A stretch of DNA of 54,320 nucleotides from positions 1-54,320 of IMG/VR virus record IMGVR_UViG_3300031673_000059, one strand, 5' to 3'. Shown piece by piece: positions 1 to 8,890 of the stretch; the stretch's first letter is position 1, and every line of letters begins with the position of its first letter. The stretch is from a virus. Made by a program: the position numbers and the translations under genes. The notes under the pieces are model-generated. The model had not been told where the DNA came from. It was given only the letters and a program-made list of their open reading frames with translations, and searched no databases.

Positions 1-1046
1 CTCAGAGGCCCTCCGTCGCGCTTGGTGGGCTTGTTTTCGGCCCTCTTGAGGTCAGAGACCTGCTCCCGGTCTCCGACTAGCTGGGCCTTCTGACGAGCTC
101 TCTCGGCCTCCAGCTGCTCTTTACTCATGCCCATGGTGTCCTCCTCGGGTAAACCATATGGTGCACCCAGGTCCTCGTTTGGTGCGGCGCGGAACTCACG
201 ATGTTTCTCTTCGGAGTGCTGTGCCTCCGGCGGTTCGGGTGCAGGCCCAAGAGACGCGAGAGGACGTAAGTCCGATCGTGTCCTCAGACCGTTAGGTCTG
301 TCTCCCAATACATCTTCTAGTTCATCTGTACAGGGAAGCAGTGTACTGCCCGAGGGTCGGGCAGTACACTGCCATAGGTCAGGCAGTACACTGCCATAGG
401 TCGGGCAAGACACTGCCATACCTATAGCAGTGTCTTGCCCGAGGGTCGGGCAGTGTACTGCCCGAGGGTCAGGCAGTGTACTGCCCGAGGGTGAGTCGTC
501 CAGACTCGCCATCTCAGGCACTTGCGGCCCAGGACCATCACCCAAAGCATCGCCCAGGCCATCGGCAACGGCGTCATCGGCAACGGCGTCCAAATTCCCG
601 CTCGCCCACCCAGCTGGTCTGCCAGTCCGCTTCGGCCCCTTCCGCTGCTTGAATGATCTCCGCTGAAGCTCTTTGACCCCGCCTGACTCCTCGACGTAGG
701 CGATCGCGTCGACCGCTCTGTTGCTCAGTAGGCGCTCCGGGCAGTTGATGGGCGGAGGCTCTACCAGCGTGTAGACCGGGTATCGCTTGTCGTTATCGCG
801 GTAGCTGATGGAGATCAACCCGAGTCGTTCGAGGTTGCGAAGCGAGTCGAAGATAGTTCGCTCGGCTACCCTGAGCTGTCCAGCCAGGGCACCCTTCGTA
901 AGCCTGCAGACCCTCGGTCCGTCGGTCTTCTTGAGGCAGTAGGACATCAGCAGGGAGTAGAGCCTGAAGTCATGGCTGGTGAGGTCTGGGCAGCGGATGA
1001 TGTCGTCGAAGATCTGTGTGAAGAGGCGATTCTTGTCCTTGCTCAT
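1..1046 (-). CDS. Winged-helix DNA-binding protein, paralog 1 of 3. It is 3'-partial: the frame stays open to the window edge. Its C-terminal part spans the 12-mer repeat array.
   Basis: ATG at 1046..1044 overlaps the TGA of the upstream gene (ATGA). Manual translation: MSKDKNRLFTQIFDDIIRCPDLTSHDFRLYSLLMSYCLKK...RVAERTIFDSLRNLERLGLISISY (wHTH-like). There is no in-frame stop down to position 1. It is absent from the ORF track because it is truncated. Confidence 0.6.
   Translation of the reverse strand, partial: MSKDKNRLFTQIFDDIIRCPDLTSHDFRLYSLLMSYCLKKTDGPRVCRLTKGALAGQLRVAERTIFDSLRNLERLGLISISYRDNDKRYPVYTLVEPPPINCPERLLSNRAVDAIAYVEESGGVKELQRRSFKQRKGPKRTGRPAGWASGNLDAVADDAVADGLGDALGDGPGPQVPEMASLDDSPSGSTLPDPRAVHCPTLGQDTAIGMAVSCPTYGSVLPDLWQCTARPSGSTLLPCTDELEDVLGDRPNGLRTRSDLRPLASLGPAPEPPEAQHSEEKHREFRAAPNEDLGAPYGLPEEDTMGMSKEQLEAERARQKAQLVGDREQVSDLKRAENKPTKRDGGPL
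338..495. repeat. Array of 7 dyad-symmetric 12-mers, GCAGTGTACTGC or its complement GCAGTACACTGC (one variant, GCAAGACACTGC, is paired with its own inverse). Period is 22-23 bp. Candidate iteron or operator array.
   Basis: Read directly. Copies start at 338, 361, 383, 405, 428, 450 and 473. Each 12-mer is internally palindromic (GCAGT-NN-ACTGC). The spacing equals two helical turns. The array lies inside the open frame of the 1..1046 minus-strand ORF. Confidence 0.85.
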
Positions 1047-1369
1047 GCGCCGCCTGCACTAGCAAGCTGTCGAAGGACGCTGTAGCCGTTATCTAGGTGC
1101 AGGAGCTCGATGTTCAGCCACCCAGGCGACCGATGGACGATCTTGATGAGTTCGAGCTCAGAGAGACGGCGGAGCGCCCTGCGGACGGTCGACGCGCTGT
1201 AGTTGGTATCGGCGGCCACGGAGCTCACGCTCCCGCAGTCAACCGGGTTGTGATAGTGGGCCCGGTATTCGGCGGCGATGTAGAGGTAGACGATCTTCTC
1301 GGAGGGCGAGAGATCGGCGTCCCGGATAATCCGGCCAGCTACCTCGGTCATCGTCCTATGCTTAGCCAA
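1043..1369 (-). CDS. Winged-helix DNA-binding protein, paralog 2.
   Basis: LSPSEKIVYLYIAAEY...ASTVRRALRRLSELELI aligns with the same region of the flanking paralogs. GGAG lies 7 nt upstream of the TTG at 1369. An alternative ATG is at 1351. Confidence 0.6.
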   Translation of the reverse strand: MAKHRTMTEVAGRIIRDADLSPSEKIVYLYIAAEYRAHYHNPVDCGSVSSVAADTNYSASTVRRALRRLSELELIKIVHRSPGWLNIELLHLDNGYSVLRQLASAGGA

Positions 1370-1757
1370 CGAACTGCTCCGACGAGCTGTTTAGTCGAAT
1401 CAGTCCAGTGTAAGGACCTCGCCGACTCTCCCGGCTAATGAAGCCTCTCTCCTCTAGCCGCGCGAGCACCTCGCACACGGTTCGCTTCGTAAGCCCCGTG
1501 CGCTCTGCGAGAGTTTCGAGGCCGTCGTCGATCTCCTTCGCGCTCGTGCAGAGGTCCATGAGGACCGCGAAGACGCGGACGTCCGACGACCTCATTGACC
1601 GGTCAGACACAAGCCTTCTCGGTACGCGGAGATAGCCCTGTTCACTTCGTTGCATGTGAACCCTCAAGGAGTGGTTAGTGGTGAACTTGACGCCCCGACC
1701 GGCGCAGAAAGAGTCTAGCTTGACCTGAACGGATTTCAAGTCTTTTCCGGCGCGCAT
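1362..1757 (-). CDS. Winged-helix DNA-binding protein, paralog 3.
   Basis: RSSDVRVFAVLMDLCTSAKEIDDGLETLAERTGLTKRTVCEVLARLEERGFI is a wHTH motif paralogous to the two downstream genes. Confidence 0.6.
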   Translation of the reverse strand: MRAGKDLKSVQVKLDSFCAGRGVKFTTNHSLRVHMQRSEQGYLRVPRRLVSDRSMRSSDVRVFAVLMDLCTSAKEIDDGLETLAERTGLTKRTVCEVLARLEERGFISRESRRGPYTGLIRLNSSSEQFVG

Positions 1758-1787
1758 CGAAACCCCGACCTATCACCTACATAGGTT

Positions 1788-2003
1788 CTACCGGCAGCGC
1801 CAGGCTGCGCGCATGGTCTCTGGACGAACCATGTCGAAGTTCTCTCTGTGTCGCCTTATGCACGGCTCCCTGCGGAGAACACGGAGGCGGGTCGTCCAAC
1901 CGCCACCACGAGCAACATACGCATCAGTGATGCTGTATATGGCGTTCAGGTAAGCCCCACGAACTGGCGGCTCGGCGACGAAGTCGAACGTCATGATCTG
2001 GTA
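1788..2003 (-). CDS. Possible small protein of 71 aa (MTFDFVAEPPVRGAYLNAIYSITDAYVARGGGW...).
   Basis: This is the non-overlapping 3' part of ORF 1788..2516. It has an internal ATG at 2003, GC3 about 69% and no clear SD. Confidence 0.3.
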   Translation of the reverse strand, partial: YQIMTFDFVAEPPVRGAYLNAIYSITDAYVARGGGWTTRLRVLRREPCIRRHRENFDMVRPETMRAAWRCR

Positions 2004-2094
2004 ATCGACAACGCCGCCCTGCTCATCAATCGATCCACGACCGCTTTGAGAGATACCGACGCTCGAACCTTCGTTGAGCGCAGCCCGGAACCGC

Positions 2095-5000
2095 TCAGCG
2101 GCCTCGCCACGCAGCTCGAAGGCCGACGTCATCGTGCTCGCCCACGATTGGGTTCCGGTGACCGGGTTCTGGTTCGACGCAGCACCAGTAGGTGCCTCGG
2201 GCAGCGCGACTCTTACCTCGTCTGCTGATGTTGTCGAGGTAGAAAAGCATTCCGGCTCGGTTGTCGAGTGGTTGAAGAGGGGGCGGCCAGAAGGGGTTGG
2301 AGAGTCCCTGTCTGACGAGGGGTCCTGCGAACCGGAGGAATGCTGAGTCGCTGCCCCCCTCAGCGACGACTCGGTCCATGTGTCGCTGGTGGTTTTCGAG
2401 GAGCATGCCTGTAAGAGCTCTTGTGAAACTGTCGTCGACTCCTTCGAGGAGGGGGGCCCATTTCTGGGTGTAGCGGTTGACGATGCTCTGAAACTCTGGT
2501 GCCTCAGCAGCGGCACCTCCAGGCCGCTCTTGGAGTAACTCCTGCCTCAACCTCGTCATGGTAGCGAGGATCTCTGATGGTTGAATCGGCGGTGTCGCAG
2601 ACCCAGTTGAGTCCTCGGACGACGCGACCGTCGTCCACACCTCGCTCGGGGGTGCCGTCGTCGATGGTGGCGCAGAAGACGTTGAGTCCGAGTAACTCGG
2701 GTCCGGGAGCGCCGCCGACGATCCGGACCCACTCAGAAAATCCGAGTCACCTCGCTCTCCAGGCTGACCTGGGCCCGAGCCAGCAACGATGTTCACCGGC
2801 TCGGATGATCCTGGAGTCGAAGGCCTCTCCATGCTGGTAGGACTGCCAGTTACCTCCTCGGACGGTGCAGGATCCGAACCCCATCTGCTCGATGGCTCGG
2901 TCCATGACGGATCGTAGGTAGATTCGACCGCTGGTGTTCCGGGGGGCGATTCCGAAGGTTCCCTCGACGATGTGTGTGAGTGGTCTTGGGTTGACCATGA
3001 TGGCCGCCGCTTCTGCTCTTGTGATGTTTGGGCCGTAGAGGGCCCTAACCCAAAAGGGACGTCATCGGGCCCTCCATGCCGCCCGTGGACCGGCCGTAAA
3101 GTCGGGGAGTTCGGGATCGAGCCACCAGGAATCGGCCCGATCCCACCCCTGCCAGTCTCCGCCTCTGAGCGTGTAGGCGTCGATCCCGATGTAGTGCGCG
3201 ACTTCGGGCGAGACTCGCATCCAGTTGGCTGGGTTTCTGACGGTGAGCTCGTAGATTCGTTGGGCCGCCGCCGCGACCCTGGCGATAAAGGGAGGTCACC
3301 TTGCTCTCCAGGCGCACCTGAGTCCGACGTCTCTGACGTCGTTTCCGGCACCTCGCTGCCGTCTGGCGACGAAGCCCTCGTCCTCTCCTCTGAGGACCTT
3401 AGGTCGATCCTCGGCGGTGATTGCGATGTAGGGGGCGTAGATGAACCCGGTGTCAAGGACTGTGTCGCCCTTGTAGCCGAAGAGGAACCCCGTCCTGTCT
3501 CCGTCCTGGGACTGGTCAACATGGATGAGGCGGCCGCCGTCTTGGGATGAGAATGGGGGCTCTGGGTGGACCGTCCACCCAGGCCTGATCCGAAACCCGA
3601 GTCACCTCGCTCTCCAGGCCCCTCGGAGTCCGAGTCCGTGGTCGAGGTCCCAGCCCCAGACTCTGCCGGTGTCGAGGCCTGGGTCGGCGAGTTCGAGCCA
3701 GCAGATCCCCCGGACCCTGATCCGGGGCTGGAAGGGTCCGAGCCGACCGGCGTTGCGTCCTCCGCGTAGGGGCCCAACCCCATCCCGAGGTCGGAGTAAG
3801 CGTCCATGTGCTCGTAGTCAGCGTACCGGTCGAGCAGCTGCCCGGAAGGAGACATGAGACTGTCGCTCAAGGACCCCGAGCTGGTCTCGCCATCCTGGAG
3901 ATCCCTCTGGGGGTCGTCCGACATTCCAACTGATGGACTTGAGGATGTATGGGATACCGTCCTGGTAGAAGATGCCTCCGAGGTAGCAGCGTCCGAGTTC
4001 GCCGAGCTCGATCTCGCTGCATGGGTTGACCCCGAAGGCTCCGTAGGGTCCGAGCTAATGAACCCTGGCTCTCCAGGCTGTCCTGACGCCTCCTCGGTCA
4101 ATGTTGTGGCCCCTGAAGGAGGCGCCTCGCTCCCAATCCCGGGGGGACTCATCCCAGGAGTAGCTTCGGATGAGGAATCGATGATGTTGCATGCGCTCTC
4201 GGACGGAGAGGCCTGCGTAGGGTCCGAGCTAGGCTCTCCAGGCTGGTCGGAGTCCTGCGTCCTGGGCCCCTCCGACTGCTCGTCCGATGTTGCTGACGGG
4301 GAACGGATAGGTCCCGCCGTTGAGATGATATGTAGGAGGGAATCCGTAGTCAGGAACGGGGTTGATGTAGGGTCCGGGCGTTGCTCGCCGTTAGCGATGT
4401 AGCCATTCTCGGGCAGGTCCTCGACCCCTCGAACCCACTGGCACCTGGTCCATTCGAAGACGTTCCCGCAGTTGTCGTGGAGCCCCCAGTTGTTCGGATC
4501 CTTCAGGCCAACTGCCTTGTGCCCGTCCTCAAACTCGCCGCCGAACCAGGCGATCTTCTTTAGGTCCTCATCCGTGTCGCCGTTGGGGTAGCGCGTAGTC
4601 GCTCCGGCCTTAGTCGCGTATTCCCACATCGCCTCAGAGGGGAGCTGAAAGCCGACCCGCTCACCCTTCTCGTTCCAGAGCCAGGCCTGGTAGGCCGCCT
4701 CGACCTCTGCTGAGAACACCAGCGCTTGGTTCTGGACAGGCAGAGGCATGATGTCCGTGTTGACCTGTTGCTCCCACTCTCTCCACGTCAGCGTGAAGGT
4801 CTGATCTGAGTGTGTGAACTTGCAGTTGGTCAACCGTGCAAAGTCCAGCCGGTTGATGAAGTCCTCGACCTCACGGCACCGATCCCAGGAGACGCTCTCA
4901 ACAGGGTGCTCCCCCCACCTGCGCCCATCAGAGTCCTTCAACTCCATGCGGGTCGCAGGCCCGAACGGCGCGTCACCCATGCGGGTGACGTTAAGCCCCT

Positions 5001-5400
5001 CCTCGACCATTTCGGTCGTAGGGAAGTGACTCGGGAACTCACGTGTGACGCGGTACCACTCACGCCCGGTCCACGGGTACTTCGCCATCAGGAATGGCTC
5101 GTCGAAGGTCCGCTTGACCTGTTGCTGGGCCGTCTCATCATCAGGGTCCGCAGTGGGACCCATCATGAACTCACCCGAAGGGATCAGAACGAAGATCATC
5201 CCCGTCGTCTTGTGCTGATACTCAGCCAGGCCTTGGGAGTTGAGCCCGAGACACGAGAAGAGCTCAGTCTCCTCTACGCGCAGTCCGTAGGGGACGTCGT
5301 TTCCGGCCCTGCGGATTCGCGTGATGTAGTCGCCGCGATCGGCCGCGTCGCCTGTAGCCTGCCAACGGCGTTCTGCTGCTCTTAAAGCGGCGTCTGACAT
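2095..5400 (-). CDS. Large 1101-aa protein. N-terminal FGE-sulfatase (SUMF1/EgtB-like) domain of about 340 aa, then a roughly 500-aa Ser/Pro/Thr/Gly/Asp-rich low-complexity tract, then an unknown C-terminal domain of about 240 aa.
   Basis: N-terminal motifs MIFVLIPSGEFMMGP...FDEPFLMAKYPWTGREWYRVT and RYPNGDTDED...NNWGLHDNCGNVFEWTRCQW match the FGE family signature (xIPAGxFxMG ... GLyDMsGNVWEW). RBS AGGAGA lies 5 nt before the ATG at 5400. A single stop-free 3.3-kb frame is extremely unlikely by chance. Confidence 0.8.
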   Translation of the reverse strand: MSDAALRAAERRWQATGDAADRGDYITRIRRAGNDVPYGLRVEETELFSCLGLNSQGLAEYQHKTTGMIFVLIPSGEFMMGPTADPDDETAQQQVKRTFDEPFLMAKYPWTGREWYRVTREFPSHFPTTEMVEEGLNVTRMGDAPFGPATRMELKDSDGRRWGEHPVESVSWDRCREVEDFINRLDFARLTNCKFTHSDQTFTLTWREWEQQVNTDIMPLPVQNQALVFSAEVEAAYQAWLWNEKGERVGFQLPSEAMWEYATKAGATTRYPNGDTDEDLKKIAWFGGEFEDGHKAVGLKDPNNWGLHDNCGNVFEWTRCQWVRGVEDLPENGYIANGEQRPDPTSTPFLTTDSLLHIISTAGPIRSPSATSDEQSEGPRTQDSDQPGEPSSDPTQASPSESACNIIDSSSEATPGMSPPGIGSEAPPSGATTLTEEASGQPGEPGFISSDPTEPSGSTHAARSSSANSDAATSEASSTRTVSHTSSSPSVGMSDDPQRDLQDGETSSGSLSDSLMSPSGQLLDRYADYEHMDAYSDLGMGLGPYAEDATPVGSDPSSPGSGSGGSAGSNSPTQASTPAESGAGTSTTDSDSEGPGERGDSGFGSGLGGRSTQSPHSHPKTAAASSMLTSPRTETGRGSSSATRATQSLTPGSSTPPTSQSPPRIDLRSSEERTRASSPDGSEVPETTSETSDSGAPGEQGDLPLSPGSRRRPNESTSSPSETQPTGCESRPKSRTTSGSTPTRSEAETGRGGIGPIPGGSIPNSPTLRPVHGRHGGPDDVPFGLGPSTAQTSQEQKRRPSWSTQDHSHTSSREPSESPPGTPAVESTYDPSWTEPSSRWGSDPAPSEEVTGSPTSMERPSTPGSSEPVNIVAGSGPGQPGERGDSDFLSGSGSSAALPDPSYSDSTSSAPPSTTAPPSEVWTTVASSEDSTGSATPPIQPSEILATMTRLRQELLQERPGGAAAEAPEFQSIVNRYTQKWAPLLEGVDDSFTRALTGMLLENHQRHMDRVVAEGGSDSAFLRFAGPLVRQGLSNPFWPPPLQPLDNRAGMLFYLDNISRRGKSRAARGTYWCCVEPEPGHRNPIVGEHDDVGLRAAWRGR

Positions 5401-5428
5401 AATGATCTCCTGGTCTCTGTTTTACCCA

Positions 5429-6817
5429 TCAGACTCCAAAGAGCGCATGGAAGAAGCTCTTGGGCTGGTAGGCCTTCTTCTCGGGCTGCTTGGGCGTGAC
5501 CTTGACATTGGGCGAACTGGGACCACTCGACGGATCGAGTCGCAGCAGCTCATCACCGCTCATGGGGCCCCGAAGGAAGCTGTAGGCCCACCGGATCTTG
5601 GTCACAGCGTGCTCCCCGCTCTTCTTCAGGATCAGGAAGTGCCGCTGAGGAATCGACGTCAGGGTCGACGTGTCCACGTTCCGGCTGGAAAGCTCCTTCT
5701 TGAGGTCCCGGGCGCAGTCCCGGGGCCGCAGCTTGCCGAGGAACCAAGTGCCGACGTTGGTCAGCGCCTTGTAGTCCATGTCGTTAGGGTTCTGAGTCCC
5801 GATCAGCATACCGATGCCCTGGGCCCGGCCCTGAGCGAGGAGCGTGCAGATCGGCTTCTTGGTCGGCGGGTTGAGCGGGTAGGGCGGGAGGTAGCCCCGC
5901 GCCTCGTCCAAGACGACCAGCAGCTTCAGCTTGTTGCTGGCCGGCGCCCGGAACATGTAGTCCACGATCGCCGACAGCAGCATGCCAGCGAAGAACTGCC
6001 GCTCACCCTCGTCCAGGTGTCGGAGGGAGAACACCGAGACCTTAGGCTTGCCGGTGCCCACGTAGCTCTCGATCGAGAGCGGAGAACCGTCGAGCCACTT
6101 GGTCGCTTGCCGCCGGAAGCCGACGATCGACCGAGCGATCTGCATCCGCTTCTTCTTGGGGAAGAAGTCGTCGAGGCTCAGGCCATCGATCTCCTTCAGA
6201 TTGGCAGGGGGCGTGTTCAGAGCGGCGGACCACGTGTCCAGACCGGCCGCCTGACCCGAGGCCCAGGCGTCGACCATCACGTCCGTCAGGAAGACGTTCG
6301 CGGGGTCGGTCATGGGGTCGGCGGTGTGGCCGATCGCGTTGAGGACTCCGGCGACCAGGGCCGAGGCCCGGTCCCGCAGCGCTTGCTCACTGTAGTTGCC
6401 GGTGGGAGCGTCGAAGGACGCCAGGACGTTGACGGACTGGCCGCCGCCTCGGGTCTTGCCGGGGGCGTAGATCGTGACATCGGCGGCCGACTTCCACCGC
6501 TGGACGTTGGGAGCCAGGTGGCCGAGCTCCTTCCGAGCTCGGTCAGCGATCTCGCCCGGGTCCTTGCCGTCCTCCGCCCAGGGAGCGAATTCGCCGGCGG
6601 CCAGACCGGGGAAGGCCAGGGCCAGATTGGTGAGGTCGCCCTTGGGGTCAATGATGATCGCGGACGCGCCGCTCAGCACGGCCTCTTCGATCGTGGCGAC
6701 GGTGGCGCCGGTCTTGCCGGAGCCGGTCCGACCCAGGACCACGCCGTGGGTGGTAAGGTCGGCGGGGTCGATCGTGAGAGGAGTTCCGTCGTTCTTGGTG
6801 CCGATCAACATGCTCAT
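5429..6817 (-). CDS. HerA/FtsK-like P-loop ATPase (DUF87-type).
   Basis: Walker A GRTGSGKTG and Walker B LLVVLDEA. The start is placed at the internal ATG at 6817 (MSMLIGTK...) because the GGTAGAAA-N5-ATG start-associated motif precedes it. The ORF track begins at 6856. Confidence 0.75.
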   Translation of the reverse strand: MSMLIGTKNDGTPLTIDPADLTTHGVVLGRTGSGKTGATVATIEEAVLSGASAIIIDPKGDLTNLALAFPGLAAGEFAPWAEDGKDPGEIADRARKELGHLAPNVQRWKSAADVTIYAPGKTRGGGQSVNVLASFDAPTGNYSEQALRDRASALVAGVLNAIGHTADPMTDPANVFLTDVMVDAWASGQAAGLDTWSAALNTPPANLKEIDGLSLDDFFPKKKRMQIARSIVGFRRQATKWLDGSPLSIESYVGTGKPKVSVFSLRHLDEGERQFFAGMLLSAIVDYMFRAPASNKLKLLVVLDEARGYLPPYPLNPPTKKPICTLLAQGRAQGIGMLIGTQNPNDMDYKALTNVGTWFLGKLRPRDCARDLKKELSSRNVDTSTLTSIPQRHFLILKKSGEHAVTKIRWAYSFLRGPMSGDELLRLDPSSGPSSPNVKVTPKQPEKKAYQPKSFFHALFGV

Positions 6818-6909
6818 GGTTGTTTCTACCTTTCTTAGCCTTGTGGCTTCAACCACTACGCCGCCCTGCCACGATTCATCGAACTCGGGTATCAGTAAGC
6901 AGGTGACTT

Positions 6910-7440
6910 ATGAATCGATTCTTTGACGAACTGAAGGAGGCCCGTGACCAGGCCGCAGGCAAGAGTCGATTCAATCCCGACAAGAACCTTCGTCTCACCT
7001 ACGTAAGGGAAGAGCCCAAGGGGTGGCCGCTGACCAGGCCAGCTACTCCAGCCGAGTGGGCCCACGTCCTCAAGGTGATGATCATGCGGCGAGTTCCCAG
7101 GCATGAGCCTATTCATAGGACCAAGCTGATCCAATACGTAAGCGGCGACCTGGTGTCCGCAAGCTCCGCCGGAAGGCTCTACATGGGCCCGGAGTCGTGG
7201 GGCATGAGAAGCGTACATCTCGTGCTTGACCGACAGATGATCGGCAAGGACAAGATCCTGAGAACCGCTCCGACGATGGATGACCCGGAAATGGCCTGGA
7301 GTGCTCCTGCCATCTACAGGACCGAGCACGCTGATGGTTGGCTCGGGAGAGTGCCTGTTACCGTGAACGCCCTCGTAGACTTTCTCCCGGTGACCAACGT
7401 CCTAGATTTGATCGTACAGGCGCTCCTGGACGACGAATAG
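6910..7440 (+). CDS. Hypothetical protein.
   Basis: 176-aa ORF. Its composition is protein-like, unlike the antisense ORF 6892..7329. Confidence 0.5.
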   Translation: MNRFFDELKEARDQAAGKSRFNPDKNLRLTYVREEPKGWPLTRPATPAEWAHVLKVMIMRRVPRHEPIHRTKLIQYVSGDLVSASSAGRLYMGPESWGMRSVHLVLDRQMIGKDKILRTAPTMDDPEMAWSAPAIYRTEHADGWLGRVPVTVNALVDFLPVTNVLDLIVQALLDDE

Positions 7441-7644
7441 TAACTTCGCCGAACTGCACGATCGTTCTGGTTGTTTCGATGACCTGCCAGGATGATGCTG
7501 CAGGAAGAGATAGAACCTGTCCATTCACCGCGTCGAGTGCATCAGACTCCGTGTCGTAGTGGCCGCCTGAGCAGAGCATGTTGCCTCGCTCGCTAAAAAG
7601 CAGAAGCTCAAATCGCTTACGCGGATTAGACAAGGGTCACGCTC

Positions 7645-8076
7645 TCAGATGTCAGCTAATCGATCGAGGATGGTGGTCGTCTTGGCGATTGGTCTTGGAA
7701 CAGAGTCGGATACGAATAACGGTGAATCGAAGTTAACGGTCATGCCGCCCTCAGGCATTCGGCCGAAGGCCTCGGCCCGCCTGATCACTTGCTGGAGGTC
7801 CCACGCTATCTTGCCCCCTTTCGTAGGGCAACCAGAGATTCCGTGGGAGTGATTGGGGTGGGTGAGCTCGGGAAAGCACAGCTGCCGGGCCTTGTAGAGC
7901 GCATCTTCGCAGGACTTAGAAGCAGCACTGTCAGACAGCTTGTTCCAGAACTGCTCTTGAATGATGTTGAACTGGCCGATGTGAACCCGCGCGAATAGGT
8001 CGAGCGCCGTGACGACCAGCCTGGCCTGCTCCGGCGTCATTGTGACTTGGACGAAGAAGTTCTCGTTTCCGCTCAT
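7645..8076 (-). CDS. Hypothetical protein.
   Basis: 143-aa ORF with no recognised domain. Confidence 0.5.
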   Translation of the reverse strand: MSGNENFFVQVTMTPEQARLVVTALDLFARVHIGQFNIIQEQFWNKLSDSAASKSCEDALYKARQLCFPELTHPNHSHGISGCPTKGGKIAWDLQQVIRRAEAFGRMPEGGMTVNFDSPLFVSDSVPRPIAKTTTILDRLADI

Positions 8077-8125
8077 GGCGTTTTATACCGGACTGAACCC
8101 TCGCTTGTCCGGGTAGAAGAATCCC

Positions 8126-8890
8126 ATGAGCAGCGAACAAGACAGACTCCGAGATCAAGACGCTCTGCTCGGCAAGAGACCTCACTCCCTGGAACGAGCA
8201 TTCGTTCACAGGACCCGAGGAAAGACTTTCAGGCACCCACGACCGAGCGACTCGGGTCGAGTTCAGCCGGATTTGGTCGAGGAGTTTGGCAAGCTCACCG
8301 GCATCGATTCAACTGATGCTCCAAGCGCGAAATCGCTTAAGGGAGCATTCGAGGCACTACCACCCAAGGCCCAGAAGGCCGCACTCAACCATCTCAGATC
8401 GAAGACGCAGAACTTCGAGGCGCTCTACGCCACGATGCTGGGGCTTCCTAGTCGGATTCGGTCTTTCGTCAAGAAGATTTGGAAGCGGCAAGACAAGTGG
8501 GGTGACTCGTGGGAGAAGGTCGCGTCCGAGATGGCCGCCGGGGCCGCGAAGATCCTGTCTCAGAGAATAGACGTCACCGTCTACACTCCGTTCGCGGTCA
8601 CCAGTGGTGAGGTCGATCGGGATGACCCACGGCTGGAAAGAATGGCTACCGCACAGGCGGAGTGTGATGCACTGCTTTGCCTGTTTGCCCACTACTTCAT
8701 CATCGGCGTTACCGGCCACATCGCTATGCACTGCATGTCCTATCGGATTGATGACCCGGCGACCGCTGGGGTAGTCGATGTGGCTGACTACGGATCGTTT
8801 GACGCCAGCGCCCGGCGGCATCGGCAGCTGAAGGTGTTGGAAGCGGCCAAGAAATACGGGTGGGAAATACCAGAGCGGAGTGACAAGTGA
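8126..8890 (+). CDS. Hypothetical protein.
   Basis: 254-aa ORF. CCGGGTAGAAG lies 6 nt upstream of the ATG (start-associated motif). Confidence 0.6.
   Translation: MSSEQDRLRDQDALLGKRPHSLERAFVHRTRGKTFRHPRPSDSGRVQPDLVEEFGKLTGIDSTDAPSAKSLKGAFEALPPKAQKAALNHLRSKTQNFEALYATMLGLPSRIRSFVKKIWKRQDKWGDSWEKVASEMAAGAAKILSQRIDVTVYTPFAVTSGEVDRDDPRLERMATAQAECDALLCLFAHYFIIGVTGHIAMHCMSYRIDDPATAGVVDVADYGSFDASARRHRQLKVLEAAKKYGWEIPERSDK

Noticed and set aside
338-495. Considered whether the 12-mer array is a CRISPR array.
   Set aside because: The repeats are contiguous dyads with a roughly 22-bp period. There are no unique spacers, no leader and no cas genes. The pattern fits an iteron or operator array, not CRISPR.
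127-666. Plus-strand ORFs 127..399 and 430..666 across the repeat array.
   Set aside because: They are low-complexity and lie antisense to the long stop-free minus frame that starts with a translationally coupled ATG at 1046. They look like by-products of the repeats and high GC.
1848-2346. Plus-strand ORFs 1848..2228 and 2074..2346.
   Set aside because: They are antisense to the end of the 1101-aa gene and to the small minus ORF. They have no start context and low-complexity composition.
5402-6838. 478-aa plus-strand ORF.
   Set aside because: It lies entirely antisense to the HerA/FtsK-like ATPase, which has clear Walker A/B motifs. Its Arg/Gly/Leu-rich composition is typical of GC-rich antisense frames.
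7358-7633. 91-aa minus ORF between convergent genes.
   Set aside because: There is no convincing RBS or start. It would overlap the 3' end of gene 6910..7440 by about 80 nt. It is kept only as a remote possibility.
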